A stretch of DNA of 64,000 nucleotides. It comes from Patescibacteria group bacterium. Lineage in GTDB: Bacteria > Patescibacteriota > Microgenomatia > Curtissbacterales > GWA2-41-24. Of this stretch, positions 1 to 11,282 are shown piece after piece. The stretch spans positions 190,921 to 254,920 of the forward strand of contig JBBTUN010000004.1 of NCBI GenBank assembly GCA_038063735.1, given 5' to 3'. The number at the start of each line of letters is the position of its first letter. The stretch's first letter is position 1. Position numbers and translations under genes: made by a program. The notes beneath the pieces are model-generated. The model saw nothing but the letters and a program-made list of their open reading frames with translations, searched no databases and had not been told where the DNA came from.

Positions 1-2
1 GA

Positions 3-1430
3 AGAAGACTTATTCTATGGCACCACATGCCCCTAATCGGAGGGGCAACACCCTTCGGATTTCATCTGGGCCCTTATTTTTATTGGTTCTACGCCTTTCT
101 GCTATTGGTATCTAAACTCAATCCAGTTATTTGGGGTGTTGCTGGCGCAGGAATCTCCATCATAACAATTATCCTTATTTTTCTCCTTACAAAAAAAGTC
201 GGTGGCAAAAAACTTGCAACAACTGCAGCCATTTTTTGGGCGTTTTCCTACCTTGCGAATATTTATGATAGACACCTTTGGGCGCTTTACTGGGGTACTT
301 TAGTTTCTCTTATTACAGTTTATTCCCTAACCAAAATAATAGAAGGTAAGTATAAATACATTTATTTGCTGGCAATCACCTTAGCGCTTGCAATCCATGC
401 CGATCTGTCAAACCTCGTATTTTTTGGTCTTACCATTATTGCCTGGGTTGCATATAAGCTTCCACTAAACAGGAATACAATTTTGGCTGCGTTTTTTGTT
501 CCACTTCTAATTACACCACTCGTAGTTTTTGACCTTCGTCACGATTTTGCCAACACTAAACCAATCGGAATTTTTTTAGAAAACAACAGGGACAAAAATA
601 AGCCAAGCTTTAGTGCATATAGGTTTATAGAAAATAGCATTCTCTTTCCTAGAACATTTTCTCGGATCGTGTATACGTTTGGTGATAACGAAGCTGCGAA
701 ACAATACTCTTATTGTAAAGAATTCATAAATGAGAAATTTGACTATATTCCCAACATCATCATTTTCATTTCCAGCATTGCTCTTATCGCTTACCTATAT
801 TGGTCCCTGAAAATGCAAAAAAACCCCTTATGGATATTAATTTCTCTAACGACCCTAATCTATTACTTTGGTATCCAGCTATATGGAACCATTTTAAATG
901 GGGACGTTCTAGAGCATTACATTACCGGCTTATTACCATTTTTCTTGATGATTGCAGCGCTAATTGTTTCAAAATTACCAAGAAAGTTATGGGTTTTAGC
1001 TCTGATTATTTTTATGTATTCAAATTTGGCTAAATTATCCTTAGCAAAAAATAGCCAAGGCCTGTCGTATAAAAAGCAGGCAATAGAATTTGTTAACTCG
1101 CAAGTTGGCAATCAATCATTTTCTCTGGAATCTTTATCCACTTGTTGGCGCTATTCAGGTTATCGATACCTTTTTGCTGTTTTTGGAAAAGAACCTGTCA
1201 AAAGTTTTGTGGATCCAAATTTTGGCTATCTTTACGGTACCACTGCTATCGCCAGCAACCATCCGGACACCGTTGTGGTTTTTGTTGCGCACAATTTTAT
1301 AGCTGAAACAGAAGATTTTTACAAAAGACATGCTGTCTTCAAATCTCATGAAACGTCAAGCGCTATCTTTGGAAGCATAGAAGTGATAATTATGGATAAT
1401 TCCTTAAAATGGTTTGATAAAAATAACTGA
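3..1430 (+). CDS. GT-C fold membrane glycosyltransferase (PMT/GT39/ArnT-like), 5' end outside window
   Basis: Frame is open back to base 3 (RRLILWHHMPLIGG...). LIGG..GFHLGPYFY N-terminal loop motif, about 11 TM segments, soluble C-terminal domain. Confidence 0.75.
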   Translation, partial: RRLILWHHMPLIGGATPFGFHLGPYFYWFYAFLLLVSKLNPVIWGVAGAGISIITIILIFLLTKKVGGKKLATTAAIFWAFSYLANIYDRHLWALYWGTLVSLITVYSLTKIIEGKYKYIYLLAITLALAIHADLSNLVFFGLTIIAWVAYKLPLNRNTILAAFFVPLLITPLVVFDLRHDFANTKPIGIFLENNRDKNKPSFSAYRFIENSILFPRTFSRIVYTFGDNEAAKQYSYCKEFINEKFDYIPNIIIFISSIALIAYLYWSLKMQKNPLWILISLTTLIYYFGIQLYGTILNGDVLEHYITGLLPFFLMIAALIVSKLPRKLWVLALIIFMYSNLAKLSLAKNSQGLSYKKQAIEFVNSQVGNQSFSLESLSTCWRYSGYRYLFAVFGKEPVKSFVDPNFGYLYGTTAIASNHPDTVVVFVAHNFIAETEDFYKRHAVFKSHETSSAIFGSIEVIIMDNSLKWFDKNN

Positions 1431-1461
1431 TATGAAAAAAAACACAAAGGTTTTTAACGGA

Positions 1462-2556
1462 TCAAGCCACCCATTCAAAGTTAAAGAATCTGATAAGCAG
1501 TAGAGATTGGAACAGTATTGCCAAAAAAAGGTATAAATATAGAAAAGTCTTGCGTTTGGCCAAGAAATCTGCAAAGGGGATAAACAAAGGGAAAGCTGCA
1601 AGTATCTCCCTTAAGCTTGCCAAGTAGGTACCTGATGAAAGCGGAATTAAAATTAACAGCATACTATAAATCCACATAGGCTTATTTATCTTTTTAAATG
1701 ATAAGACACCTAAAAATGCGGTAAACGGAATAACCGCTACTTGGAGAAAGTTAATTGGTGGTGGTTTAACGGGGCCAAAAACTTGTCTTACAACTTCCGC
1801 TGAATCGAGCATAAGCTTTGGAAACGAATGCAGGCCAATTTGTCTTCCCCATCCGGCCGTCTGATCTGTCCAGAATAGAGTGAAATCCCCAAAAGCCAAA
1901 AAGAGATATAAAGCATAAAAAACCAAACCAAGAGGTGAAACCAAAAGCGTCCACCAGTATTTTTTCAAACTAGGAAATCCCCCTTGTGCAATTTTTAAAG
2001 CAAGGTAAAAAGTTAAAACTATACCTACAGGTCTCGTGGCGCTAGCCAAAGCAGCCACAAAAGCAGCAAAACCTATATATTTCTTTTCGGTTAGTATAAA
2101 AGTAAGCGCTGTAAGTGGTAAAAAGAGCGGTTCAGAAAATGTGCCCAAGAGTAAGAAGCTGGAAGGGAAAGCTAAAAAAATTAAAAGAACCTGCTCTTTA
2201 ATTCTAGAGTAGCCAAGAATGCTTACAAGACGGCCCAATAGTATTACGAAAAGAAAAGTAAAAAGACTCGCAACTATTTTTGCAACGACAGGGCTTGAAC
2301 CTAATACCCTGATGGTAAGTGGCCATAGTGGGAAAAATGCTGCGTTTTCTCCCACATATCCATTTTTTGCAATAGCCATGTAATGAGCAGTATCCGCATT
2401 ATTAGTCCAAATAAGCGTAAATCTTTGAGTTAATGTCACACTCGAAAGCACTTCATTAGGGTGGAACATAGACGGGAATACGACTAGCTCGAATAGATGA
2501 ATCGCAACAAACCAACCGATAAATAGGGTGAAAGCAACTCTCATTTGGTAAAACAT
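1462..2556 (-). CDS. PIG-V/Mannosyl_trans2-like GT-C mannosyltransferase
   Basis: Motifs D..HY..IAKNGY, AFFPLWP, FSEPLF, LASATRPVG; polytopic membrane protein. Confidence 0.8.
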   Translation of the reverse strand: MFYQMRVAFTLFIGWFVAIHLFELVVFPSMFHPNEVLSSVTLTQRFTLIWTNNADTAHYMAIAKNGYVGENAAFFPLWPLTIRVLGSSPVVAKIVASLFTFLFVILLGRLVSILGYSRIKEQVLLIFLAFPSSFLLLGTFSEPLFLPLTALTFILTEKKYIGFAAFVAALASATRPVGIVLTFYLALKIAQGGFPSLKKYWWTLLVSPLGLVFYALYLFLAFGDFTLFWTDQTAGWGRQIGLHSFPKLMLDSAEVVRQVFGPVKPPPINFLQVAVIPFTAFLGVLSFKKINKPMWIYSMLLILIPLSSGTYLASLREILAAFPLFIPFADFLAKRKTFLYLYLFLAILFQSLLLIRFFNFEWVA

Positions 2557-2674
2557 TTTTAGTCTACAAAAATCAACATCAAGAAATCAAATAACGCCTG
2601 CGACAATTTTTTAAAATAGATCTGGTTTTTTTAAGAAGTAGAAACGTTTAAACCTAAATTGTATACTTCAACTT

Positions 2675-3916
2675 ATGATTGTTTATTTTAAAAACCTAAT
2701 TTTTACCGATACGGGTAATGACACTTCCATTGTGATTGTTGGTACGCTGGTTAACATTATAACCGGAGGATTGTTTTTTATAATCGCACCGCGGCTTTTG
2801 GGTCCGGCTGATTTCGGTATATTCTCAACAGTTGTTGGCACAGCTTTACTCGTTATGTCATTTGCTAACTTTGGTATAGATTCAGGTATTTTAAGGTTTG
2901 CTTCGAAAGAAAATTTTGAGGAAGTTTTATCAATAGCCTTTAAATCCTACTTATCATTAAGCATAATAAGTTCTATTATCGGACTAATTTTAGCTCCGGA
3001 AATTGCAAAATTTTTAAACGCCCCACAAATTGCAAATCTATTAAGAATTGCCCTGGTAGGTAACATATTTTTGCTTTTGTCGAATTTTTACATAGCTGCA
3101 CTCCAAGCAAAAAGGGATTTTCTAAAAGCATCTATTGTGAACGGCTCGTCAAATATCCTAAGAATACTTGTTCTTTTTTTAGCCATGATTAGTTTAAAGA
3201 GTTTGGGGATTTACACCATTACGATAATTTTTTTCTTTAGTGCTTTTTTGGCAACGATAACCGGAATGGTCTTACTCCCAATTAATATCGTAAAAACACC
3301 CCAAAAAAGCATCATCAGCTTTCACAAGTTTAACTTTTGGATCGCAATGTCACTTATATTTTCATCTATTCCACTTGAAAATTATTTTTTGGTAAAACTG
3401 GCAGGTCCTGTTGCGGCTGGAATATATGCTGCCCCATTTAAGCTATTAACTTTTGCGTACCAATTTGGCGGAAACTTTTCAAGAGTTTTAGCAACAAGGT
3501 ATTCCTCATTTGACACAAACTCAAAAGCTAGGGAATTTTCTGTAAAAACACTACCGCTTGTAGTAGCTTTTTGTGTTGGACTATTAATCCTTATTCCGCT
3601 GTCCAAACTAATCATAAATACATTCTTTGGACCGGAATATTTAGAGGCTGTACAGGTTTTTCAGATACTCTCAGTGGGGTTTTTATTTTTCTTTGCTTCC
3701 CTAATACCATCAGCAATAATTATTTATTATATGGGTGCATCCAAAATTGCATTTATAATCACTGCCCTCAAATACGGCTTATTTATTGTTTTGCTTTTAA
3801 TTCTTGTTCCAAAATACGATGCACCTGGGGCGGCGATTTCTTTTTCCGCAACAGAATTTGCAGCCTTTTTGTTTATGGCATACTTTGCAATAGCAAAACT
3901 TAGACGCAATGATTAA
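2675..3916 (+). CDS. Wzx/MATE-like oligosaccharide flippase
   Basis: PRLLGPADFG, FGIDSGILRF, AAGIYAAP, LVPKY..GAA motifs; about 12 TM. Confidence 0.85.
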   Translation: MIVYFKNLIFTDTGNDTSIVIVGTLVNIITGGLFFIIAPRLLGPADFGIFSTVVGTALLVMSFANFGIDSGILRFASKENFEEVLSIAFKSYLSLSIISSIIGLILAPEIAKFLNAPQIANLLRIALVGNIFLLLSNFYIAALQAKRDFLKASIVNGSSNILRILVLFLAMISLKSLGIYTITIIFFFSAFLATITGMVLLPINIVKTPQKSIISFHKFNFWIAMSLIFSSIPLENYFLVKLAGPVAAGIYAAPFKLLTFAYQFGGNFSRVLATRYSSFDTNSKAREFSVKTLPLVVAFCVGLLILIPLSKLIINTFFGPEYLEAVQVFQILSVGFLFFFASLIPSAIIIYYMGASKIAFIITALKYGLFIVLLLILVPKYDAPGAAISFSATEFAAFLFMAYFAIAKLRRND

Positions 3917-4634
3917 AAAGATATCGATAGTTGTGCCTTGCTATAACGAAGAAAAGCGTTTTGCCGAGGGTTTTGCCCACTACTATAACTTTCTAAAAAA
4001 TTATCCAAAGCCTTGGGAGCTTATCTTTGTCAACGATGGATCTTCTGATCAAACGCTCAGCCTAATGAAAACAGTCGCCAAAAAAAATAGTAATATTAAA
4101 ATCGTTAGTTATAAGAATAATCAAGGTAAAGGATTTGCAATAACCACAGGGATACAAAATGCCAAAGGAGATATTGTGTTATTTACCGATCTTGACCATT
4201 CTGTTGCGATTTCTACTATCAAAGATTTTTTAATCCACTTTAACAAAGGCTTCGATGTTGTTATTGGTTCACGTCGCGTCAAGGGCTCTAGATTCTTAAA
4301 AAAGCAGCACCCGCTAAGAGAGTTTTTAGGCAAAGGATTCACGTTTCTTGTACAGGTGTTTGTAGACTTTAAAATAAAAGACGCAACATGCGGTTTTAAA
4401 GCGTTTCAAAAAGGTGCAGCGCAAAAAATATTCCCGAAATTAACCGTATTTGGTTGGGCATTTGACGCAGAGATTTTATATTTGTGCAAAAAGTATAAAA
4501 TAAAATATGCACAAGCGCCCGTAACATGGAAAGATGTAAAAGGATCTAAGGTATCAATTGTAAAAGATATCTTCGGATCCTTTGCGGGTCTAGTAAAAAT
4601 AAGATTAAATGATTTTCAAGGAAAGTATTGGTAA
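3909..4634 (+). CDS. GT2 polyprenyl-phosphate glycosyltransferase (Dol-P-Glc/DPM synthase-like)
   Basis: SIVVPCYNEE, VNDGSSD, NQGKGFA, FTDLD, VVIGSR, DATCGFKAF, WAFDAE. Confidence 0.9.
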   Translation: MIKKISIVVPCYNEEKRFAEGFAHYYNFLKNYPKPWELIFVNDGSSDQTLSLMKTVAKKNSNIKIVSYKNNQGKGFAITTGIQNAKGDIVLFTDLDHSVAISTIKDFLIHFNKGFDVVIGSRRVKGSRFLKKQHPLREFLGKGFTFLVQVFVDFKIKDATCGFKAFQKGAAQKIFPKLTVFGWAFDAEILYLCKKYKIKYAQAPVTWKDVKGSKVSIVKDIFGSFAGLVKIRLNDFQGKYW

Positions 4635-6018
4635 ATTTAAAAGAATTCTTTTTGTTTTTCCCCTGCTAGTACACATTATCTTGCTGACAAATACAAGATT
4701 TACTCTGTGGCCGGAAATGGTCGTTTACCCATATCTTGTTAACAACGGCTTTCTAATATACAAAGATTTAATAAACCCTTACCCACCAGTATTTATCATA
4801 TTTTTATCCTTATTTAGTAAAATCTTCGGCTACTCACCTCAACCATACCAGATCCTAACGTGGGCAGTAATAATAGTGGTTGATCTTTCAATATTTAATG
4901 TCGTAAGAAAAATATCTAAGAATTATTATCACGCTTTTTTTGCACTTTTGCTTTTCGTTATTTTTTCGCTTCCTTTTGGTATAAACGGTCTTTGGTTTGA
5001 TTTAATCCAGGTACCTTTTGTTATTTTTTCAGTGTATCACTTTTATCTTTATTTAGAATTTAAAAAAACTTCCTATTTAAATAAATCATTTTATCTAGCA
5101 ATAGCCACTTTTTTTATTAAGCAACAAGCAGCATGGATAATTATTTTTTACCTGGGGATTTTACTTTATAAAAACAGAGCATCCCCCCAGAAGCTTATAC
5201 AAAACCTTATTTTACCTTTTGCATTCTCCCTCTTTTTGTTAACAATTCATCTGATTGTTTTTTATAAATTGGGTATATTAAGAGATTTTGTTTTTTGGGC
5301 AGTAATACTGCCATTTTTTAAAGCATCGGCCATTCCCGGTTATGTGGCATTGCCTGCACTAAAACAGCTTTTGATTGTATTAATACCGTTTACACTAGTG
5401 GTTTTTTCTGCCCTAAACGCAAAAACAAGGGAATATTTTCTCATAATTTGTGCCCTGCCTGTAGCGCTTTTTGCCTATCCAAGATTTGATTATTTCCACC
5501 TAATTGCCTATCTAGCAATAATAGCAATCGCACTCGGAATACAACTTAAATCGTTAAAAAACTTGGAATTAAAACAGCTATATCTGCCTATTATAGCGAT
5601 CGGCCTGCTAAGTATTTTCACAATTCACTATTTCCAAAATAACTGGCTTACAGAAATTAGATTTTTTGAACCGGATATTCAATCAAGTGCACATTTACTT
5701 TCTATTGTTACTTCACCTCAGGAAAAAATATACATTCAAAACGGACCAGATCAGCTTTTACCACTTTCGAAGAGATTGCCAATTAAACCTTGGGCAATCC
5801 AATTCCCTTGGTATTTTGAAGTCAGTAGCTTGCAGTCTAGAACCATTTCTGCAATAGAATCGCAAAAACCGCAATTCATTGTCTACAAACCTTATGAAGG
5901 GAAAGAAAAATATGCTCTCGGTTCATACATGCCCTCTATTCTTGTCACTTACCTGGACACAAATTACATAAACCAAATTCAAATCTCAGATACCTTATGG
6001 TTAAAATCCAAAAACTAG
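4609..6018 (+). CDS. GT-C fold membrane glycosyltransferase-like protein
   Basis: G..IYKD...PYPP loop motif, FFIKQQ, multiple TM, PQFIV C-terminal domain. Confidence 0.7.
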   Translation: MIFKESIGKFKRILFVFPLLVHIILLTNTRFTLWPEMVVYPYLVNNGFLIYKDLINPYPPVFIIFLSLFSKIFGYSPQPYQILTWAVIIVVDLSIFNVVRKISKNYYHAFFALLLFVIFSLPFGINGLWFDLIQVPFVIFSVYHFYLYLEFKKTSYLNKSFYLAIATFFIKQQAAWIIIFYLGILLYKNRASPQKLIQNLILPFAFSLFLLTIHLIVFYKLGILRDFVFWAVILPFFKASAIPGYVALPALKQLLIVLIPFTLVVFSALNAKTREYFLIICALPVALFAYPRFDYFHLIAYLAIIAIALGIQLKSLKNLELKQLYLPIIAIGLLSIFTIHYFQNNWLTEIRFFEPDIQSSAHLLSIVTSPQEKIYIQNGPDQLLPLSKRLPIKPWAIQFPWYFEVSSLQSRTISAIESQKPQFIVYKPYEGKEKYALGSYMPSILVTYLDTNYINQIQISDTLWLKSKN

Positions 6019-7937
6019 TAACAAGGCATTCCCTATTGTTTCTTTGTTTAGTAGTAGTCATCTTCTTCTTGCCTGTGCTAATTAGGCCAGACTTAATTAC
6101 CAAACGAGACAACGATTTAGGAAGAACTTACGTGCCTATATATAGCTTTATTGCAAAGTCGTTCCATGAAAATAAAAACCTGCCTCTTTGGAGGCCAAGT
6201 CAGATGGGTGGCGAAAATTTTGTAGGCAATCCGCTTTCTTCAATATTCTATCCACCAAACGTTATTTTTTTATTACTGCCTGTTGATACTGGGGTAATCA
6301 TGTATTATTTATTTCATCTTTTAATATCGGTAGTCTCAACGTATTATCTGGCTAAAAGTTTTAATCTGTCAAAATCATCCTCCCTGGCTGCAGCTATTGT
6401 TTATACATTCTCAACTAAAATCATTTTGCATATCACAGCGGGTCACATTACCATGGTAGCCGCTTTTACCTTGTTCCCACTATTATTTTTAACTGTAAGA
6501 AACATAATTTTAGGCAAAAGCGGAAACCAGTGGACTCTTTTGGGTGCGCTAGCCGTTTACGGGATGCTCGCAACATATCCCACAATATTTTATTACGCAC
6601 TTATTTTCTTACTCTTTTATATTGTCTATAAATTTAATTTCTTCATCGGAAAATATAAAGATATCATCAAAAGTATCACTCCATTTGCACTAACTTTAAT
6701 TTTAGGTATTTTATTATCAGCAATTTTTCTGCTACCGCAACTGGAATTTGCTAAATACTCAACCCGCGGATCGCTAACGCTCACAGATGTAGCACAGCCG
6801 ATTTGGAACGCAAAAAAATTTGTATTAAGCCTATTTTTCCCTTACCCAATTTTTAATAGTCTGAGCCATGAGGAATTTCTTTACCTTGGCTTTTCCCCAT
6901 TACTACTGGGTACTTATGCATTTTTTAAATTAAGTAGAGGGAAAAAACTCATTTTGTTCATGTTTAGTGTTTTAACGCTTATTTTTATCGCAGGGACATC
7001 AACACCAATTTTCGAATTATTTTACAAATACGTCCCTGGTCTTAGCTATTCCAGAATTACTACAAGGCCCTGGTTTATCGTGGCGCTTGTTGCAGCTTTA
7101 CTGCTTGCCTACGGTCTCGATTCTCTTAAAAACAAAAACCTAGCCTATTTATTTGTATTAATTTTTTTAGTTGAGACAGTTTTTATTGGATATAAAAAAG
7201 TTACCTCTGTCCCTTATCTTAAAGCGAATAACGAGGACATGTACCAATATTTAGCTGCCGACAAAGACATTTTTAGAGTGTATTGCACAACTTATTGCTT
7301 TAATCCTCAGCTATTGAATAAATACGACATACAGACCCTAAATGGGGAAACACCACTTCAAGAAAAAGCAGCGGTAGATTATATGCAAAAAGCGGGCAAC
7401 TACACGTTTAATCAGTTTGCTGTTATTTTTCCACCCTATCAGGTTTGGCAGATCAAAAATCCGCCGCAGCCCTACGCGAATTTACTCGCGACAGCAAATG
7501 TTAAATACGTAGCGTCTACCTATTTACTAACAAGCGATGAGCTTAAACTTGTTAACAAATTCGATAATATTTACCTCTACGAAAATACCTTGGTCAATCC
7601 ACGCTATTATTTTCAAGATGACCCGTCGAATGTCAATATAAAAAACTATTCGCCTAACTCAATTCTTTTAACTTTTTCAAAAGCCGACTCACCAAGAAAA
7701 CTAAATATTTCGGAATTTTATTATCCGGGGTGGTTTGCTTATATGAACAATAAAAAATACCAGGTAGAAAAAGACACAAGCGGATTTATGTATGTAAATG
7801 TTGCGCAGCAAACAGATGCTTTAGAATTAAAGTTTGAACCCAACCCCTTTTTTGTTGGCAAGGCCGTAACTCTTACAACGCTGCTTTTATTGCTCGGTTA
7901 CTTTTGGTATAAACAAAAAAACAAAGACCATGACTAA
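5997..7937 (+). CDS. YfhO-family membrane protein (GT-C)
   Basis: LPLWRP..MGG..F.GNP...FYPPN; SEFYYPGWFAY; C-terminal TM anchor. Confidence 0.85.
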   Translation: MVKIQKLVTRHSLLFLCLVVVIFFLPVLIRPDLITKRDNDLGRTYVPIYSFIAKSFHENKNLPLWRPSQMGGENFVGNPLSSIFYPPNVIFLLLPVDTGVIMYYLFHLLISVVSTYYLAKSFNLSKSSSLAAAIVYTFSTKIILHITAGHITMVAAFTLFPLLFLTVRNIILGKSGNQWTLLGALAVYGMLATYPTIFYYALIFLLFYIVYKFNFFIGKYKDIIKSITPFALTLILGILLSAIFLLPQLEFAKYSTRGSLTLTDVAQPIWNAKKFVLSLFFPYPIFNSLSHEEFLYLGFSPLLLGTYAFFKLSRGKKLILFMFSVLTLIFIAGTSTPIFELFYKYVPGLSYSRITTRPWFIVALVAALLLAYGLDSLKNKNLAYLFVLIFLVETVFIGYKKVTSVPYLKANNEDMYQYLAADKDIFRVYCTTYCFNPQLLNKYDIQTLNGETPLQEKAAVDYMQKAGNYTFNQFAVIFPPYQVWQIKNPPQPYANLLATANVKYVASTYLLTSDELKLVNKFDNIYLYENTLVNPRYYFQDDPSNVNIKNYSPNSILLTFSKADSPRKLNISEFYYPGWFAYMNNKKYQVEKDTSGFMYVNVAQQTDALELKFEPNPFFVGKAVTLTTLLLLLGYFWYKQKNKDHD

Positions 7938-8997
7938 CATCGCTGTTTTAAGTTTTTATTCAGGAATTGTAGATCGCGGAGTGGAAACTTTTGCATATGA
8001 AATTGCAAAAAGACTTTCAACAAAACACAGAATAGATATTTATCAAGCCGGTAGAACCATTCAGCTTCCCCAAACCAGAACATACCAAATAAAGGCTTTC
8101 GCAAAAGCACCAACTTCTTCAAAATTTTTCCTCTCAAAAATTTATCTGGACATACAGTCTTTAAAAATCGCACTTTTTACTATCAAATCAATCCCAAAAA
8201 TTGTAAAGGGTAAGTACGATTTAGTAATTCCTTTAAATGGTGGATGGCAGATCGTGATTTTGAAAATATTAAGTAAAATTGTGAATTTTAAAATTTTGGT
8301 TTCAGGTCATGCTGGAATTGGTTCAGATGATGCCTGGAATATTTTTTTTCATCCTGATGTATTTGTTGCTTTAACGAAGTCAGAAAGTTACTGGGCACAA
8401 AGGCTGTCCAGAGAGCTTAGAGTAGTAACAATACCAAACGGTGTTGATCTTGCGAAATTTAACCCTAAGGTTAAACCTAAAAACATTAATCTGGAAAAAC
8501 CTATTGTTATTTGCTCGTCAGCTCTCGTTCCCTACAAGAGGCTTCATTTAACTATAAGAGCGGTGGCCAAAGCTAAAAATCTGAGTTTGCTAGTACTGGG
8601 CGATGGTCAAGAGAAAGGGCAAATCGACACACTTGGAAAACGGTTATTGGGCAAGAGATATATGAGACTTTCTGTCCCATATGCCCAAACACCTGCCTAC
8701 TATAGAACCGCAAAAGTATTTACCCTAGCTTCGGAGACAGAAGCCTTTGGTATCTCGTACGTGGAGGCTTTGGCTAGCAATTTACCTGTGATTACAACCA
8801 ACGATGAGTCAAGGGCAGAAATAGTAGGAGATGCCGGAATTCTAACCGATCCGGTCAACATTGAAACTTATGCAAAAGACTTACAAATTGCAGCCAATAC
8901 AAATTATCGTAATATTCCATATAATCAAGCCCTTAAATTCTCCTGGAATAAAATTGCTCACGAATATTCAAAGCTTGTTAACCAAATCACAAAATAG
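7930..8997 (+). CDS. GT4 glycosyltransferase
   Basis: IPNGVD, EAFGISYVEALAS (EX7E), FSW motifs. Confidence 0.9.
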   Translation: MTNIAVLSFYSGIVDRGVETFAYEIAKRLSTKHRIDIYQAGRTIQLPQTRTYQIKAFAKAPTSSKFFLSKIYLDIQSLKIALFTIKSIPKIVKGKYDLVIPLNGGWQIVILKILSKIVNFKILVSGHAGIGSDDAWNIFFHPDVFVALTKSESYWAQRLSRELRVVTIPNGVDLAKFNPKVKPKNINLEKPIVICSSALVPYKRLHLTIRAVAKAKNLSLLVLGDGQEKGQIDTLGKRLLGKRYMRLSVPYAQTPAYYRTAKVFTLASETEAFGISYVEALASNLPVITTNDESRAEIVGDAGILTDPVNIETYAKDLQIAANTNYRNIPYNQALKFSWNKIAHEYSKLVNQITK

Positions 8998-9833
8998 TGG
9001 ACAAATTAATATCTGTCATAATTCCCGTTTACAATGAACAAGACAGCCTAAAGGGCTGTTTGGAATCATTAAGTAAACAATCATACAAACCTGTCGAGGT
9101 CATAGTTATAGACGACGGATCAACTGACAAATCGCTAGAAATTGTAAAAAAATCCAAAGCAATCCTTTTAAAACAAAGCCACGGGGGCCCTGGGGTGGCA
9201 AGAAATTTAGGGGCTCAAAACGCTCGAGGGAGCATTCTTGTTTTTGTAGACGCCGATATGGTTTTCGAAAAGAATTTTATAAAAGATTTAACGGAGCCGA
9301 TAGCCAAAAGAGAAACGATCGGAACATTTTCAAAAAATGAATATGTAATCAATCATAATAACCCATGGTCAGTTTGTTGGAATATGAATAGAAATTGTCC
9401 GCCGGAGAAAATGATTCCCGAAAGTTACCCCGAGACTGCGCCGGTTTTTAGGGCAATTCTTAAAAGTGAATTTCAAAAAGTTGGTGGTTTTGAAACCACG
9501 GGGGATTACACGGACGATTGGTCACTATCCCTTAAACTTAATCTAAAATCCACACTGGCAAAAGGTGCCAAATATTATCACAAAAATCCATCAACCCTAA
9601 AAGAAATTTGGAAACAAGCCAGATGGATCGGCAAAAACAAATTTATTACAGGTAACATTCCACGGAAATTAAAATCAATTATTCTATACAATCCAATGGC
9701 TTCAATCTTTATAGCAGTATTAAAATCTTTTACTCACGCAAATCCGCGCTTTGTAATTTTCAAGCTAGTTTATGATTTTGCGGTAATTTGTTCCGTTTTA
9801 GAATCAACCGTAAACAAAAACAAATATAAATGA
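8997..9833 (+). CDS. GT2 glycosyltransferase
   Basis: ISVIIPVYNE, IDDGSTD, ARNLG, FVDAD; GTG start overlaps upstream TAG. Confidence 0.9.
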   Translation: MDKLISVIIPVYNEQDSLKGCLESLSKQSYKPVEVIVIDDGSTDKSLEIVKKSKAILLKQSHGGPGVARNLGAQNARGSILVFVDADMVFEKNFIKDLTEPIAKRETIGTFSKNEYVINHNNPWSVCWNMNRNCPPEKMIPESYPETAPVFRAILKSEFQKVGGFETTGDYTDDWSLSLKLNLKSTLAKGAKYYHKNPSTLKEIWKQARWIGKNKFITGNIPRKLKSIILYNPMASIFIAVLKSFTHANPRFVIFKLVYDFAVICSVLESTVNKNKYK

Positions 9834-11263
9834 TTGCGCCAGTTTTATTAATTGGATTAATCTTAAGACTTGTTAGTCTTGACCAGAGTCTTTGGCTTGA
9901 TGAAGGAATAAATGCAACTTTTGCGCGTTCCTTAAGCTACAGCAAATTGATCTTTAGTTATCCTTTGGGTGATTTTCATCCACCGCTCTATCACGTAATA
10001 TTAAAATCGTTCATATCACTATTTGGCTCTTCAGAAATCTCCCTTAGAATACCATCCGTCATTTTGGGCGTAATGACAGTTTTTATAACATATTTAATAG
10101 GCAAAAAACTTTACGACAAAAAAACCGGTGTTATTGCAGCTCTGCTTATAGCGACAGGCCCCCTGCATATTTATTATTCCCAAGAAGCAAGAATGTATAT
10201 GCTGGCAGCTTTTCTTGCCAGCTTATCCGTATATTTTTTTGTATCACTTTTAATAAAAGATAGGCTCCTCTTGTGGGTAGGCTTTATTTTGTCAACTGCA
10301 TTAATGCTTTATAGTGATTATCTTCCGTACATACTTTTGCCTGTATACGTTTTATTTTTAATAGTCTCACGTAAAAAATTTGCTAAAAATACCTTAAAAT
10401 CTTTTATTCCTGCATTCTTGTTAATATTGCTGTTAATTGTTCCCTGGCTTCTCATGCTACCACAGCAATTAAAGGTAGGTTTATCCGCATCGGCTGCTTC
10501 TCCGGCTTGGTCTGGCGTCGTTGGTAGCTCGAGTATTAAAGATCTTGGTTTAGCTTTCGTAAAGTTTGCAATAGGGAGAATCTCAAACGACAATAATTTG
10601 TCATACGCCCTTCTCTTTTTGCCAATTGGGCTTTACTTTTCATTTTTGTTTTTAATTTCAACTTTAAGGCTAACGCGCATTAGATCATTCTTATGGTTCT
10701 ACTTATTGCTCCCTCCGGTAGTTGCGTTTTTGATATCTTTTTTTGTTCCTGTTTTTTCCTATTTCAGAATGTTATTTATTTTACCGGCGTTTTATATATT
10801 GCTCGCCGCAGGAATTAACAACATTAACTGGTCACTACCTACGAGGACATTTCTGTCATTGGCTCTTATAATAAATTTAACATCAACCTTCATTTATTTT
10901 GCCAACCCAAAATTCCAAAGAGAAGATTGGAAAAATGCAACTAAGTATGTCACTGCCAACTCGGATTCAAAAACATTGGTTTTGTTCGAGTCTAACTTTT
11001 CAATGCCGCCTTTTGACTACTATAATAATGGCGCTGTCGAGGCAAGAGGTGCCCTTGAAAGCTTTGATCCCACCCAAGGGAATGTCGTTCAAAATATAAC
11101 TAGTTACACCCAAAACAAAAACAAAGTATTTCTCTTTCAGTACCTGTCACCAATAACAGACCCTCAGGGCTTTGCTTTTCAATCGCTTATCGACCTGCAC
11201 TTTATCAATACAAAAACCGATAATTTCCAAGGAGTTGGATTTGTTTACGAATTTGTAAAATGA
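9830..11263 (+). CDS. GT-C glycosyltransferase (GT39/PMT_2)
   Basis: SLWLDE, DFHPPLY, LRIPSV, HIYYSQEARMY motifs. Confidence 0.9.
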   Translation: MIAPVLLIGLILRLVSLDQSLWLDEGINATFARSLSYSKLIFSYPLGDFHPPLYHVILKSFISLFGSSEISLRIPSVILGVMTVFITYLIGKKLYDKKTGVIAALLIATGPLHIYYSQEARMYMLAAFLASLSVYFFVSLLIKDRLLLWVGFILSTALMLYSDYLPYILLPVYVLFLIVSRKKFAKNTLKSFIPAFLLILLLIVPWLLMLPQQLKVGLSASAASPAWSGVVGSSSIKDLGLAFVKFAIGRISNDNNLSYALLFLPIGLYFSFLFLISTLRLTRIRSFLWFYLLLPPVVAFLISFFVPVFSYFRMLFILPAFYILLAAGINNINWSLPTRTFLSLALIINLTSTFIYFANPKFQREDWKNATKYVTANSDSKTLVLFESNFSMPPFDYYNNGAVEARGALESFDPTQGNVVQNITSYTQNKNKVFLFQYLSPITDPQGFAFQSLIDLHFINTKTDNFQGVGFVYEFVK

Positions 11264-11282
11264 ATAAATATGCATCATCTTT